Notes under the pieces: model-generated
Seen by the model: the letters and a program-made list of their open reading frames with translations, nothing else
What the model was told of the DNA's origin: nothing
The model's database searches: none
Part shown: in pieces, positions 41,143 to 52,800 of the stretch
Layout of the letters: each line of letters opens with the position of its first letter
Position numbering within the stretch: the stretch's first letter is position 1
Made by a program: the position numbers and the translations under genes
Source: a virus
Virus record (IMG/VR): IMGVR_UViG_3300042988_001121
Coordinates: 114,210-178,209 of that record
Direction: 5' to 3' (one strand)
Length of the DNA stretch: 64,000 nt

Positions 41143-43634
41143 TGTTTCAAAATTTTTATCAAGCAATTGTTGAATCAAGAAAAGACCCACTGAAATTGGG
41201 TCGCTGTCAGGTGCGCGTTTTTGGAGTTCATACCGAATCGCTGACCCTTATTCCAACAGAAGATTTGCCTTGGGCAACCATTTTGATGCCTCCTACCAGT
41301 GCCTCTATTTCTGGTATAGGAAACTCACCAACAGGTTTGGTTGAAGGTTCATTGGTCATGGTTGTTTTCCTTGATGGCGAATCGAAACAACAGCCAATGA
41401 TTGTTGGTAGCGTTCATGGAATCCCTCAGAAGAAAAATGCTTTCTCTGCGGCAGAGAATGATGGTACAACCACAGAATCGGAATCTCCTACACAACCAGA
41501 TCAAACCGATTCTAATGTAGATACACAGAAAGCAGAAGAAACGCCAACAGAAACAGGTGATTGTTGCAGTAGCGTTGATAGTTCTGCGATGGTCGCTAAA
41601 TTTGGCTCCAATGTTACTACTGTCTGTGAGACTTTATGTGCATATGGTATTAAGAATCCGTATGCAGTTGTTGCTATATTGGCTAACGTGGCAAAGGAAT
41701 GTGGATTCAAACCTCAAAGAGAATCCATGAAATATAGTAGTGCTGATAGACTACGCGCTATTTTTCCGAGCAAGTTCAATTCAATGTCTGATACCGATAT
41801 TCAGAAATATGTCAACAATGAACAGACTCTTGCTAATTACGTTTATTCGAATCGTGAAGGGAATGGTGACGCAGCATCCGGTGACGGATACAAATATCGT
41901 GGCGGTGGTCTAATTCAACTTACATTCAAAAACAATTATATTTCTATTGGTAGTAAAATTGGCGTCGATTTAGCTGCCAATCCAGATAAAGTCAATGATC
42001 CTTCTATTGCAGCAAAGGTTGTTGCTCAGTATATGATCAATCGCTATGGCGGGGCAGGTAGATTGAATTTCAGTGATCTGAACACGGCTCTATCTGATGT
42101 AACACGTAAAATAAATCCGGGCGGCGTTGATAACGATCTTCCGAAGGTCACTTCATATGCGTCTTTGTGTTCTGTTATTGGTGATCCATCAACAAAGAAA
42201 GCTGCTGACAAGGAATTGGCTAAGACTGTTCCGGCAGGTCAAGTTAAGCCGGACGGTACTATTTCTGATGGCATACCTGATAGTCATAAGACCAATGATG
42301 ATATGGGTTTCAAAGACCCAAATAATGTTTACCCGCTAGAAGATTTTCTGAAGGAACCTGATGTAAATCGACTTGCACGAAGAATTACTAAGATGACTCC
42401 GGTCGAGGTAAAACGAAATAATCGTAGAAAGTCTATCAAGTCAGTTGACTCCGAATTCTTTGAGCCACCTATTCCTTATAATGCCAAATATCCTTACAAT
42501 CACGTAAGGTTTTCGGAGAGTGGTCATTTAGAAGAAGTTGATGATACGCCTAGTGCAGAAAGATTGCATTGGTATCATACCGCAGGAACATATCAAGAAA
42601 TTGATGCTCATGGTACTCGGGTCAATAAAATTGTTGGTGATGACTTTACGATTATTGAACGGAATGGTTACGTCTATGTTGATGGCGTCATAAGACTCAC
42701 TACCGGCTCTCATGCCAAATTGCTGATTCAAGGTAATATGGACGTTCGAGTAAACGGTGATTTGACATATGATGTTGGCGGTGATATTAAAATGTCTGCT
42801 GCTGGCTCTGTTAATTTTACTGCTGGATCAGAAACACACATTTATTCGGGCGGTTCTGTTAACGTACAGGGGTCTGGTGTTTATTGGCAATCTGGTACAG
42901 CTAAGGGGTATGGTGCTTCTGCTGGTACAGCAAATGATAATGATTATCCTTTCCAACAAAATGAGACTGCTGAAGATCAGGAAGTCATTGATTTGGATGA
43001 TGCCGATGAAGAAGAAGTTACTGCGGCAAGAGAAAAGGCTATCAAGGAAGGTAAGATAACTCAGGCAGAAGTTGATGAAGCCAAAAATGTTGAGTCAACC
43101 CAAGAGGATACAAAGGAGCCTGATGTAAATATCGATGCATATCCTGCGTCTTGTTCTGCCTTCATCAATAAATCTGATATACCTTCTAGTATAAAACTGA
43201 GTCAATATTTTACATTAGGCTCATTAACAGAATCTGTTGTGTTTAGTCATACAGTTGTACCAAACCTCGGTAAGACCAAGGGTGAAATTGTATGTAACTT
43301 AAAGCAATTGGCAGAGAATTGTTTGGACAAGATAAAATCGAAATATCCAAATATGATGGTCACTTGTACATTCAGACCTAACTCAAATACAAGCCAGCAT
43401 AATATAGGTCAGGCAGCGGATATTCAATTTACTGGCGCAAGTAAGGCAGAATATTTTGAAATTGCTAAATGGATTAAATCCAATGTGTTGTTTGATCAGC
43501 TTTTGTTGGAATATAAAACAACTGGAACGAAATTACCTTGGATACATATTAGCTACACAGAGTCACCGAGAAGACAGGTAATGACTTTCTTGAACAACAC
43601 AAAATACGCAGACGGTTTGCATAGGATTGAATAA
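41139..43634 (+). CDS. gp5: Baseplate hub/spike gp5 with GH19 lysozyme and C-terminal M15-type peptidase domains
   Basis: OB fold DPLKLGRCQVRVFG.H...LPWA...SG.G..P.G.VEGS.V...FLDG; GH19 ILAN...ECGF...DGYKYRGGG.IQLT.K.NY; spike YPYNHV..SESGH..E.DDTP..ERL; M15 LSQYFTL...SQH..GQAADI...WIHISY. Confidence 0.92.
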   Translation: MMFQNFYQAIVESRKDPLKLGRCQVRVFGVHTESLTLIPTEDLPWATILMPPTSASISGIGNSPTGLVEGSLVMVVFLDGESKQQPMIVGSVHGIPQKKNAFSAAENDGTTTESESPTQPDQTDSNVDTQKAEETPTETGDCCSSVDSSAMVAKFGSNVTTVCETLCAYGIKNPYAVVAILANVAKECGFKPQRESMKYSSADRLRAIFPSKFNSMSDTDIQKYVNNEQTLANYVYSNREGNGDAASGDGYKYRGGGLIQLTFKNNYISIGSKIGVDLAANPDKVNDPSIAAKVVAQYMINRYGGAGRLNFSDLNTALSDVTRKINPGGVDNDLPKVTSYASLCSVIGDPSTKKAADKELAKTVPAGQVKPDGTISDGIPDSHKTNDDMGFKDPNNVYPLEDFLKEPDVNRLARRITKMTPVEVKRNNRRKSIKSVDSEFFEPPIPYNAKYPYNHVRFSESGHLEEVDDTPSAERLHWYHTAGTYQEIDAHGTRVNKIVGDDFTIIERNGYVYVDGVIRLTTGSHAKLLIQGNMDVRVNGDLTYDVGGDIKMSAAGSVNFTAGSETHIYSGGSVNVQGSGVYWQSGTAKGYGASAGTANDNDYPFQQNETAEDQEVIDLDDADEEEVTAAREKAIKEGKITQAEVDEAKNVESTQEDTKEPDVNIDAYPASCSAFINKSDIPSSIKLSQYFTLGSLTESVVFSHTVVPNLGKTKGEIVCNLKQLAENCLDKIKSKYPNMMVTCTFRPNSNTSQHNIGQAADIQFTGASKAEYFEIAKWIKSNVLFDQLLLEYKTTGTKLPWIHISYTESPRRQVMTFLNNTKYADGLHRIE

Positions 43635-44032
43635 TGCCAACAATAACAAAAGAAGTACGGGAATATAAAGACATTGCCTTTATGATGGAAAGCCATCCCC
43701 TTTCAGGGGAGATTGTCACCAAGAAAAATGCAGAGGCTATTAAACAGAGCATTCGCAATCTATTACTTACCAGAAAGGGAAGTCGTAAATTTGATCCAGA
43801 GTTTGGTTCACCGATATACGAATTTCTTTTTGAGAATTTCACTGGCGCAGCCATCTATGCATGTAGAACACAAATAGCAAGCATGCTAGGTAAATATGAA
43901 CCTCGATTTTCTGTGAGAAAGGTTGATATCACGTCTCCTTCTCCGAATACAATAAATATAGAGATTGAGGGTCTTATTGTCAATACAACCAGACCAATCA
44001 CAATAACACTTCTTGTTGATAGATTGCGGTAA
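43634..44032 (+). CDS. gp25: Baseplate wedge gp25
   Basis: AIKQSIRNLLLT.KG.R.F.PEFGS.I..LFE, YEPR. Confidence 0.95.
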   Translation: MPTITKEVREYKDIAFMMESHPLSGEIVTKKNAEAIKQSIRNLLLTRKGSRKFDPEFGSPIYEFLFENFTGAAIYACRTQIASMLGKYEPRFSVRKVDITSPSPNTINIEIEGLIVNTTRPITITLLVDRLR

Positions 44033-44033
44033 A

Positions 44034-45827
44034 ATGACTCCAGCAAAACAATACACTTCCCTTGATTTCGATGTAATTAAACAAAGCATCATTGATAATT
44101 TTAAGAGCGATCCTACATTTACGGATTACGATTTTAGTGGCAGTGCAATAAACACACTTATTGAGATTCTTGCATATAACCAGCATTACCACGCGGTATA
44201 TGCAAATGCTGTTCAGAATGAAATGTTTCTTGACACGGCGCAGACAAGAAACTCGGTCGTCAGTAAGGCAAAGGAATTGGGATATATTCCTCGTTCTGTT
44301 GTGGCCTCAACTGCATTTGTCAACCTTACATGCAACAATGTAAATCAAAACGTTACTTCTCTTTTACTCCCTCGTGGTACTCAATTTAAATCATCCAATG
44401 ATTCTGGTGATCAAAAATTTGTTGTTGCTAAAGATGTGTATTCATCTATGGTCGGCGGAGTATTCAGATTCAATGATGTTGAATTGAAAGAGGGTAAACT
44501 CGTTGAGAATGTATTTTTGATCGAGAATGGACAGAAAACAATAACTATACCTAACCAGAATATTGACACCACAACAATAGTCATGAAGATTAAACCTTCA
44601 TCTGATACTAATGTTGCTTGGGTTGAGTATTTTGATGCACGTAGTTTTTCTACTATTGATGGCGCTTCGCATGCATTCTTTCTTCAAGAAGGATATGACG
44701 GAAAATACCAGATTTATTTTGGTGACGATATTTTTGGTAAATCCATTCAGGATGGAAATGTAATCAACGTAAGCTATGTGGCTAGTACAGGAGTTGCTGG
44801 TAATCAGTGTAAAGTATTTGCTCTTGCTGGTAGTATTACGAATGTTGGTTCTGTTACGGTTAGTACAATCATGGCGGCATCCGGTGGTAGTGCAAGAGAG
44901 ACAATTGACTCGATCAAATTCTATGCTCCTTTGCAATATCAGTCTCAAAATCGATCTGTAACAAAAAACGATTTCCTTGTTGCTATTAAGAATGAGGTTC
45001 CTTATATTCGATCTGTGAGTGTTTGGGGCGGAGAAGAAAATGATCCTCCGATGTACGGTAAGGTTTTCTGCTCTTTGAATGCAGAAACAGGGTATGCGAT
45101 TACTGATAGTGTTAAAGAAAACATCATAAAGCCTTTGATTCGTAAGAAATCTAGTATCACCGTCATACCTGAAATTATTGACCCTGATTATTTGTTTATC
45201 TCAATTCAGACAAGAGTGAAGATCAACCGCAGTAAGATGGTTGGTAGTTACTCTGACATGATTACTTCTGTGTCAAATTCCATCATTCAGTATTTTGCCA
45301 ATGACGTTGAAGAATTCGGTAAAGAATTTTATCTGAGTTCTGTTATGGATAAAATTGGAGCTATCAATTCTTCTGTCATTTCCAATAAAACAGATTTTGT
45401 TGTACACAAAAGGTTTATTCCGACACTAAGAACAGCTAATAGAATTCAGACTTCATTTGGATCAGCAATAAAAGAAATTTGGTCAAATACATTTTTTGTT
45501 ATGGTAAATGGAACATTGACTAAATGTAGATTTGTTGATGACGGTATTGGTGGTATTGATTTGGTCAATTCTGCTGGTGAAGTTATATACGCTTCAATTG
45601 GTACAGTGTCATATTCTACCGGTAAAATAGATTTGGTATCCGAGGTTTATTCATTAAATAATCAACAAGTCTATATCAACGTGTATGCGCGTTTTCTGGA
45701 TACAGACATTAAACCAATTCGTAATCAAATGATATTTCTTTCTGGTCAGCCAGTTAATGTTATTACTGGTGATATCGCTGGTCTTGAAATTCAATTAGTG
45801 GATCAGAACAATATTCAATTGAATTAA
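44034..45827 (+). CDS. gp6: Baseplate wedge gp6
   Basis: LDFD.IK......F.DYDF.GS....L.E.LAYN, FLDTAQ.R.SVVS.AK.LGY.P.S, AP..YQ.QNR.VT..D, WGGE...PP.YGKVF. Start trimmed to MTPAK. Confidence 0.95.
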   Translation: MTPAKQYTSLDFDVIKQSIIDNFKSDPTFTDYDFSGSAINTLIEILAYNQHYHAVYANAVQNEMFLDTAQTRNSVVSKAKELGYIPRSVVASTAFVNLTCNNVNQNVTSLLLPRGTQFKSSNDSGDQKFVVAKDVYSSMVGGVFRFNDVELKEGKLVENVFLIENGQKTITIPNQNIDTTTIVMKIKPSSDTNVAWVEYFDARSFSTIDGASHAFFLQEGYDGKYQIYFGDDIFGKSIQDGNVINVSYVASTGVAGNQCKVFALAGSITNVGSVTVSTIMAASGGSARETIDSIKFYAPLQYQSQNRSVTKNDFLVAIKNEVPYIRSVSVWGGEENDPPMYGKVFCSLNAETGYAITDSVKENIIKPLIRKKSSITVIPEIIDPDYLFISIQTRVKINRSKMVGSYSDMITSVSNSIIQYFANDVEEFGKEFYLSSVMDKIGAINSSVISNKTDFVVHKRFIPTLRTANRIQTSFGSAIKEIWSNTFFVMVNGTLTKCRFVDDGIGGIDLVNSAGEVIYASIGTVSYSTGKIDLVSEVYSLNNQQVYINVYARFLDTDIKPIRNQMIFLSGQPVNVITGDIAGLEIQLVDQNNIQLN

Positions 45828-45828
45828 A

Positions 45829-47811
45829 ATGGTAAGCAAACAAGTCATTACCCAACTCGCGGAACATATTCAGCAAGACTATCCGAAGTTCGGTAAGTTC
45901 ATTGAGTCTTACTATAAGCATCTTGAGAAGACAGATCAGCCACTGAATGTTCTTCAGGCTGTTCGTGATAACGCAGATATCGATAGAACCGATTATAGGC
46001 TCTTAGACGAGTTTTTTAAGACCTATGGTATAGAGATACCTAGTGGTGTCAAATATGACCGTAGAAAGCTGATTAAAGCCCTTAAAGACCTATATCTACA
46101 TAAGGGAACTGCTAAGGCATTCGAAATCCTGTTCAGAGCATTCTATGACACAGGTGTTCATGTAAGAAATCTCGGTGATGCGATGTTTCGTAGCAGTGAC
46201 TCTGTATGGTCACAGAACGTGTCTATTAGAGTCTCCCTTGATTCCGACATTCAGCCTGATGTTGGTCTTACCTTGGGGTGGGAGAACAATGGATACGAAT
46301 ATAAATTTGAGATATATGAATTAAGATTTATTTCTGGTAACACATACGAAATATTTCTTTCAAGTAAATTGAAATTAGATTTTGTTTTTGGCGACAAAAT
46401 AACAATTTACAATCATTATGGCGTAAAAATATCTTCTGGTGCTATTAGACCTTCTTTCACGAAATTCGAGATAATAGAAACAGGAAAAAGATTTAAACGC
46501 GGCGAAGTTTATTCTGTCACAGATACAAGTAGCGAAACCAAAACAGTTTTTAAAGTAACTGAGGTCGGTTCTCTTGGTGAATTGAAGAAAATCAAATTAC
46601 TTGAATTTGGTTTTGGCATAGGTGTACCTACACAGATAAATGTTGTCCCGAGAATTAGTTTACCTAGTCAGGGTGTTTATTATAGTAACGGACACCAGTG
46701 GATAAATGACACCACATTCGGGATGAATGAGTCCGGTACTATTATCCAATCTTCTGCTCCCGGAAATCCAAATAATTATTATTTAGAAGATTATGTGCTC
46801 GACGTGACCTATGTCGGGTATGAAGCAGCTTCTTTTAATAACAACTTGGCAATGGCTCCTGTCGATAACTTTATCACAGAGACAGTTACAACAGAAGAAT
46901 ATTTTCTTTCGATAGCAACAATAAGGCTCATACCACAGACAGTATGTAGACACCCCGGAACATATACAAAACTTTCTGGTATTGCAAGTGAACCAACAAC
47001 CAGAATTCAGGATTCATATTACACACAGGCGTTTGCATATGAATTAGAGAGCAACATAGAGCGTAGCGATTATTCCAGCGCAGTTGATTCACTGTTACAC
47101 CCTGCTGGATTGAAACGTTTCAGTAATCGTGTTATCGATTCGTCTGTTGATTTTGGTAACGTCATTCAAATTGTTGTTGCGCGTCATCTGAAATTGTTGC
47201 TGGTTGATTCGATTGATCTGTTTGCTGAGAACGTTTCAATTGATCTAGAAAAATATCTCAATGATTCTACGGGAGTCGCTGATACAGTTGCGTTGCTTGT
47301 TAATAAAGCGTTGCAGGAATCTGTTTCGACTTCTGATGCCATTGATAATTTTTCTATTCAGAAATATCTTTCTGATATTGCTTCTTCTGGTGATACATAT
47401 ACGATTGATTATTCTGCTGTTTATGCGGATTCTATTGGTACGAGCGATGTTTCATCCAGTGTCATTGAGAAGGTTCTCAGTGATCTAGTAAATGCAACAG
47501 ATGTAATTTCTTCGGCATATACAACAGGCGTCAGTGAAACTCTGGCTTCAACTGATTCTTCTTTGATAACGGTTGGACTGAATCCGACAGATGCTACTTC
47601 TGTTTCTGATACCAATGCAACCCAGATCAATAAAGGATCAACAGATTCTGTTGCTGCAACGGATTCCATTCTATCCAATAGTTCATCAGGAATAACGGAC
47701 ACAAATACGGCAACTGATACTCTGAACGTATTCTTAATGGATTATGTTACTAATCCATATGACTATTTTGCAACAGGTGACTATGTTGGTCAGATTGTTG
47801 CAACGGCTTAA
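45829..47811 (+). CDS. gp7: Baseplate wedge gp7-like protein with a C-terminal 18-aa Ser/Thr/Asp repeat tail
   Basis: Y.KF..F...YY..LE, LY..KGT..AF..LFR..Y, IQDSYY.Q.F.Y, LHPAG.K.F. Confidence 0.75.
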   Translation: MVSKQVITQLAEHIQQDYPKFGKFIESYYKHLEKTDQPLNVLQAVRDNADIDRTDYRLLDEFFKTYGIEIPSGVKYDRRKLIKALKDLYLHKGTAKAFEILFRAFYDTGVHVRNLGDAMFRSSDSVWSQNVSIRVSLDSDIQPDVGLTLGWENNGYEYKFEIYELRFISGNTYEIFLSSKLKLDFVFGDKITIYNHYGVKISSGAIRPSFTKFEIIETGKRFKRGEVYSVTDTSSETKTVFKVTEVGSLGELKKIKLLEFGFGIGVPTQINVVPRISLPSQGVYYSNGHQWINDTTFGMNESGTIIQSSAPGNPNNYYLEDYVLDVTYVGYEAASFNNNLAMAPVDNFITETVTTEEYFLSIATIRLIPQTVCRHPGTYTKLSGIASEPTTRIQDSYYTQAFAYELESNIERSDYSSAVDSLLHPAGLKRFSNRVIDSSVDFGNVIQIVVARHLKLLLVDSIDLFAENVSIDLEKYLNDSTGVADTVALLVNKALQESVSTSDAIDNFSIQKYLSDIASSGDTYTIDYSAVYADSIGTSDVSSSVIEKVLSDLVNATDVISSAYTTGVSETLASTDSSLITVGLNPTDATSVSDTNATQINKGSTDSVAATDSILSNSSSGITDTNTATDTLNVFLMDYVTNPYDYFATGDYVGQIVATA

Positions 47812-47814
47812 ATA
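47807..47814 (+). promoter_or_regulatory. Late promoter-like CTTAAATA
   Basis: About 30 nt upstream of the 145-aa structural gene. Confidence 0.45.
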
Positions 47815-47844
47815 CTTAAATCAAAATTTCTTCAAGGACACATA

Positions 47845-48282
47845 ATGTTTAATGAAACTATCAAGGCAACTGGTAAACTGAGTATTGTTCAGACAGATGC
47901 AAATGGGAATGTTGTTGATACCCGTAATATCGATAACTTGGTTGTTACTGTTGGGAAAGGCTTTATTGCAAGTCGCATGAAAGACGCAACTGCGGCTGCG
48001 ATGAGTCATATGGCAGTAGGAACAGACTCAACAGCGGCAGCCGCAGGTCAGACTGCTCTTGGCGCTCAACTGACTCGTGTTGCGCTGACTTCAACTACTG
48101 TTTCTGCTAATACAGTTACTTATGTAGCCACTTTCGGTTCCGGCACTTCTGGTGCGCTGACTGAGGCGGGTCTGTTCAATGATCCTACTGCTGGAACTAT
48201 GCTCGCTCGAACAACTTACAGCGTTATCAACAAAGGCACCGCTGATACAATCACAATCACTTGGGCAGTGACTATCTCCTAA
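47845..48282 (+). CDS. Virion structural protein (baseplate/fibre-associated)
   Basis: NLVVT.G..IA.R, MAVGT..T.......L, ATF......GALTEAGLFN...GTMLAR.....INK...D...ITW. Confidence 0.75.
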   Translation: MFNETIKATGKLSIVQTDANGNVVDTRNIDNLVVTVGKGFIASRMKDATAAAMSHMAVGTDSTAAAAGQTALGAQLTRVALTSTTVSANTVTYVATFGSGTSGALTEAGLFNDPTAGTMLARTTYSVINKGTADTITITWAVTIS

Positions 48283-48297
48283 GAATTGGGGAACCTA

Positions 48298-49857
48298 ATG
48301 GCTGTAATTGTTTCATCTGAAATGCATCGCTCCATTGCGGAGCAATTTTACACAGATTTGGCAACTCAACGCGGGAACTATTATTACTTCGTTGGTGCAA
48401 CAACAGAGTCATTTGGTTCCGCTGACATTGCTTATAACAGAGAGGCAGAGCTAAACGTTAGAAATAGCATTGTTCTCTACAAAAAATTAACGATTAACAA
48501 TATCGCATACACCATTCCAAGAATTGATTGGGTTTCTGGAATGGTGTATGACATGTTTGATTCGTCTTATGATACGGAGTATCCATCATCCACTGGTGCT
48601 ACTTCTATTCGTGACGCAAATTTTTATGTTGTCACGGATCAATATAATGTTTATAAGTGTATCGACAATTATGGTGGCGGATTTTCTACTGTTAAGCCTG
48701 TTTTGACTGGTACAGAGGTTTTCACTACATCAGATGGTTATGTGTGGAAATTTATGTACCACATAGAACCGGTGTTTCGTAAGTTCATGACAACTGACAC
48801 GAAACTTATTCCTGTGTTTCGTTCTGTTTACGAGAAATTCTATAATCGCGGAACAATCAGTGCAGTTAATATTGATAACCCCGGATCAGGATATGACGAC
48901 ACAACAATTATAATTGTTGATGGTGACGGTTCTGGTGCTGTGTTGACTCCTGTTGTTTCTGGGGGTCAAATATCCGATGTTGTCATCGCTGACCCCGGTT
49001 CTGGTTATTCTTATGTTTCGCTGACAGTTGTTGGTCCAAATGGCTCCGGTGGTGCTATTCTTTCTGTTGATACATTTGAAGGAACATTGAACACAAAGCA
49101 AGCTGATGTTGAATTTGCTGCGGTTGATGGTGCTATCAATGCAATTCGGGTCTTGAACGGTGGAGCAAATTATGTTTCCCCTCAACTTGTTGTGAGTGGG
49201 GATGGCGTTGGTTTAGAAGGAATTGTTAAAGTCATTAACGGTTCAGTACATCATATTGAAATAACCAATCCGGGATATGGTTATTCTTATGCCGATGTAA
49301 CTGTGTTTGATGCTGGCGGAGGAACCGGCGCTGTTTTGCGTGGTGTTATTGCTCCGAAGGGAGGGCACGGATTCAATGCACCAAAGGAATTCTTCACAAA
49401 TTCTGTTTCTATTCACACTGTTTTGAACAATGACAGGATTGGCGGCATTTCGATCAATAACGATTACCGACAATTTGGTATCATCAAAAATTTAAAAAAA
49501 TATAATGGCGTCGAAAAATATGTCAACTTAACTGGCGTATCTGGTTTTGTTATAACAGTTGACAATATGACGAAATACTCAATAACCAAAGACTCTCTGA
49601 TAGAGGATTCGTTGGGTTATAAATATACTGTCATTCAAATTTCTGGTAATAAGATGTTTGTTCTTGCTGACCATAATAGACCAATAACAGCGAACACCCA
49701 TCTACTTGATGTTAACAGAAACGGTATTGCGATGACTGAGATTATTGATCCAACAGTTGATAAATTGTCTGGCGATATTCTTTTTGTTGATATACAGACA
49801 GCGGTTGAACTTTCGGCTGATCAAGTGGTAACAGGAAAAACACTTTTCAAATTTTAA
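48298..49857 (+). CDS. gp8: Baseplate wedge gp8
   Basis: IPR.DW.SG..YDM, FYV.TD.YNVYKCI.N.GG..STVKP, DGYVWKFMY, P.GGHG, NDYRQFGIIKN, SGDIL.VD. Confidence 0.9.
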   Translation: MAVIVSSEMHRSIAEQFYTDLATQRGNYYYFVGATTESFGSADIAYNREAELNVRNSIVLYKKLTINNIAYTIPRIDWVSGMVYDMFDSSYDTEYPSSTGATSIRDANFYVVTDQYNVYKCIDNYGGGFSTVKPVLTGTEVFTTSDGYVWKFMYHIEPVFRKFMTTDTKLIPVFRSVYEKFYNRGTISAVNIDNPGSGYDDTTIIIVDGDGSGAVLTPVVSGGQISDVVIADPGSGYSYVSLTVVGPNGSGGAILSVDTFEGTLNTKQADVEFAAVDGAINAIRVLNGGANYVSPQLVVSGDGVGLEGIVKVINGSVHHIEITNPGYGYSYADVTVFDAGGGTGAVLRGVIAPKGGHGFNAPKEFFTNSVSIHTVLNNDRIGGISINNDYRQFGIIKNLKKYNGVEKYVNLTGVSGFVITVDNMTKYSITKDSLIEDSLGYKYTVIQISGNKMFVLADHNRPITANTHLLDVNRNGIAMTEIIDPTVDKLSGDILFVDIQTAVELSADQVVTGKTLFKF

Positions 49858-49868
49858 GATAGAAAACA

Positions 49869-52800
49869 ATGGAACTGAACGTACAACCATACTTTGACGA
49901 TTTTTCGCAAGCCAAGAAATACCAACGTATTCTCTTTAAACCCGGTTTTGCGGTTCAGGCGCGTGAACTAACACAGTTGCAAACAATTCTGCAAAACCAG
50001 ATTGAACAGTTTGGTTCGCATATCTTTAAAGATGGTTCTATTGTTCATGGTCTGAAACAGACATACCAACAGAATGTCCTTTCGATCAATATCAGTTTCA
50101 ATTATGACCCTTCTTTGCTAGAAGGTAAGACAGTTACTTTCTCGGGTGGCGCAACCGCTATCGTTAAGAAGGGAACGATTGTTGATTCGAAAAAATATAT
50201 ATTCGTTTCGATTCTGAACGGTATTAAAGTTTCTCCTGCCGAGACATTGACAGTTGAAACTTATACTGCCACTGTTGCGTCTGATATCACTTCAATCAAT
50301 GCTGCCAACCTTTTCTCGGTCAGCGAAGGTATCATGTTCGCGAATGGTTTCTTCGCTTATGTGAATCCACAGACCAAGAATTTGGGTGTATCCTCTATTG
50401 CCGATTCTTTCTATATTGGATTTGATGTAGTTGAATCAACTGTTGATGTTGATACAGACGACTCTTTGTTGGATAACAGTATTGGTAGCAATAACTATTC
50501 TGCACCCGGCGCGGATCGTCTTAAACTTGACTTGCAGTTGAATGCTTATCAGTATGACCCAACCGGGGCAGTTGATTATCCGAAGGCTCCTAAGAACTTT
50601 ATTCAGATTGCTACCGTTGAATACGGAACTCTGATTCAGGCAACAACTAAACCAGAATACTCGGAACTTGAAACTGCTCTGGCTAATCGTACCTTCGATG
50701 AATCAGGTAACTACACTGTTCGTCCTTTCATTGCATCCATTGATAAGAGTATCAAGGGGCGCGACGATTACATGACCCTGAAAGTTGGTGCAGGTAAGGC
50801 TTATGTTGCGGGTTATGAATACGAGACAACTGGAACAACCAACATAGAAATCTATCGAGGTCGCGATGTTGCTCCGACTGTCTATGATGACGCGATTTTA
50901 GCCCATTACGGCGATTATGTTCATCTGGTGGCATCTCCCTATGGACTGATCAATTTTAACGCTCTACCGACCGTTAATCTATATTCCGTGACATATGCAA
51001 GCGCAGGCGTTGGTACAAAGATCGGCACAGCACGACTGAAGCACTATAAATTTGATGGCAACAATCATCGTCTTTATCTGAGTGAGATTTCTGTTGATAC
51101 AGGAAAATCTTTTGCTGACGTTAAGTCCTGTATGTATGGCAGCACGTTTAAAGCCGATTTCGATACTACCGTTGGCTTGGTTCGCGAGAAGGCATCTGTT
51201 TCATCTTTGGTTTTCAGTGTACCTCAACATGCAGTGAAAACTATGTTGCCCGATGCTGTTGCTAACATGGATTACCGGTATCGCAAATTCGTTACACTGA
51301 ATTTTGTCAATAACGTTGCGACAATGAGTCTGGCTTCCGGCGAGTCTTTTATTGCTGGTAGTAATAACGATTTGGTGAAATCTCAATACTTCAATATCGT
51401 TCCTACTAGCGGCACTACTCCTGCGCCGGGGACCGATATCATTGGTGATATTACTGTTACGATTGCTGGCGGTACAGCGACATTCACTCGTTCTGGCACA
51501 TCGGCTTCATTCTCGGCATCGGCTCAGGTTGAAGTGAAAATGTCAAACATCATGTCTAAACAAAAGACATTGACATTGGGCACTCAGTATTTCACTGCTG
51601 CTGAACTTGCAACCGATCTTTCGTTGAAGATTGCTGATGGCGTTCGTCTGATTAGTGTTCGCGATGATGCTGGTAATGATTACACTTCTCGTTATGACTT
51701 CTATACAGGTCAGACCGACAATTTGTATGACCATTGTGGAATCCGTTTGATCGGTACATCACCTTTGGTTTCTAACACTGAACTGGTTCGTCTGGAAGTC
51801 ACTTTCTCGTATTTCAAACACTCGGATGGCGCTGGTTTCTTCACTGTTGATTCGTACACAGGTTCTGGTGCTCTGTATGACCAGATTCCGTATGTTCGTA
51901 TGAGTGATGGCTCGATGCTTGACTTGGCTTCTAGTATCGACTTCCGCCCTCGTAAACTTGCTGATGGTTCAATTGAAGGTGGTTATATTGTATCACCTTT
52001 CAGTGAGATTAATGCATCATACCAATACTATGTTGGTCGAATCGATAAGCTGGTTCTGACAAAGGACAAAAAGTTTGATCTGATTACAGGAGTTCCTGCT
52101 GTCAATCCAAAGGTTCCTGCTGATCTACCTGATGCAATGACTCTGTATGTCATCGAGATTCCTGCATACACATACCGTCCTGCTGACGTTAAGATGACGT
52201 ATGTCGAGAATAGACGATATACCATGCGCGACATTGGTAAGATCGACACTCGTGTATCAAAGTTGGAATACTACGCTTCTCTGTCGCTTTTAGAGAAACA
52301 AGCCGCTGACGAAAAGGTTCCGGGTATTGCTGGTATTGATAAATTCAAGAATGGCATTCTGGTTGACTCGTTTGCTGGTCACTCGGTTGGCGATGTAACT
52401 TCTCCTGAATATAATTGCTCAATTGATCAAGAGAATCGTGTTCTGCGTCCTAGATTTGACCAAAAATCTTTGGACATGGAATTCACTCTGCAATCAGGTA
52501 TGAAGCGTCATGCTAATCTGATTACACTGGATTATGACACTGTTCCTTATATCGAACAGCCATATGCAACCAAGACTGTCAATCTGAACCCCTATGGTGT
52601 GTTTAGTTGGGTTGGTCATATGACCCTTTCTCCTTCTAGCGACAATTGGGTTGACGAAAAAACAAATCCAGCGGTCATTGTTAATACCAATGGTGTTAAT
52701 GATGCGTTCTCGATTATATCTGATACTGTTCCTGCTGGTGCAACACTTTCGACTCGTTGGAATTCTTGGCAGTCTGTTGTCAAGGGTATTAGTTCTGTTG

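Noticed and set aside
48880-49380. GSGY repeats in gp8 as a novel insertion
   Set aside because: Such repeats are common in gp8 of marine and freshwater T4-like phages.
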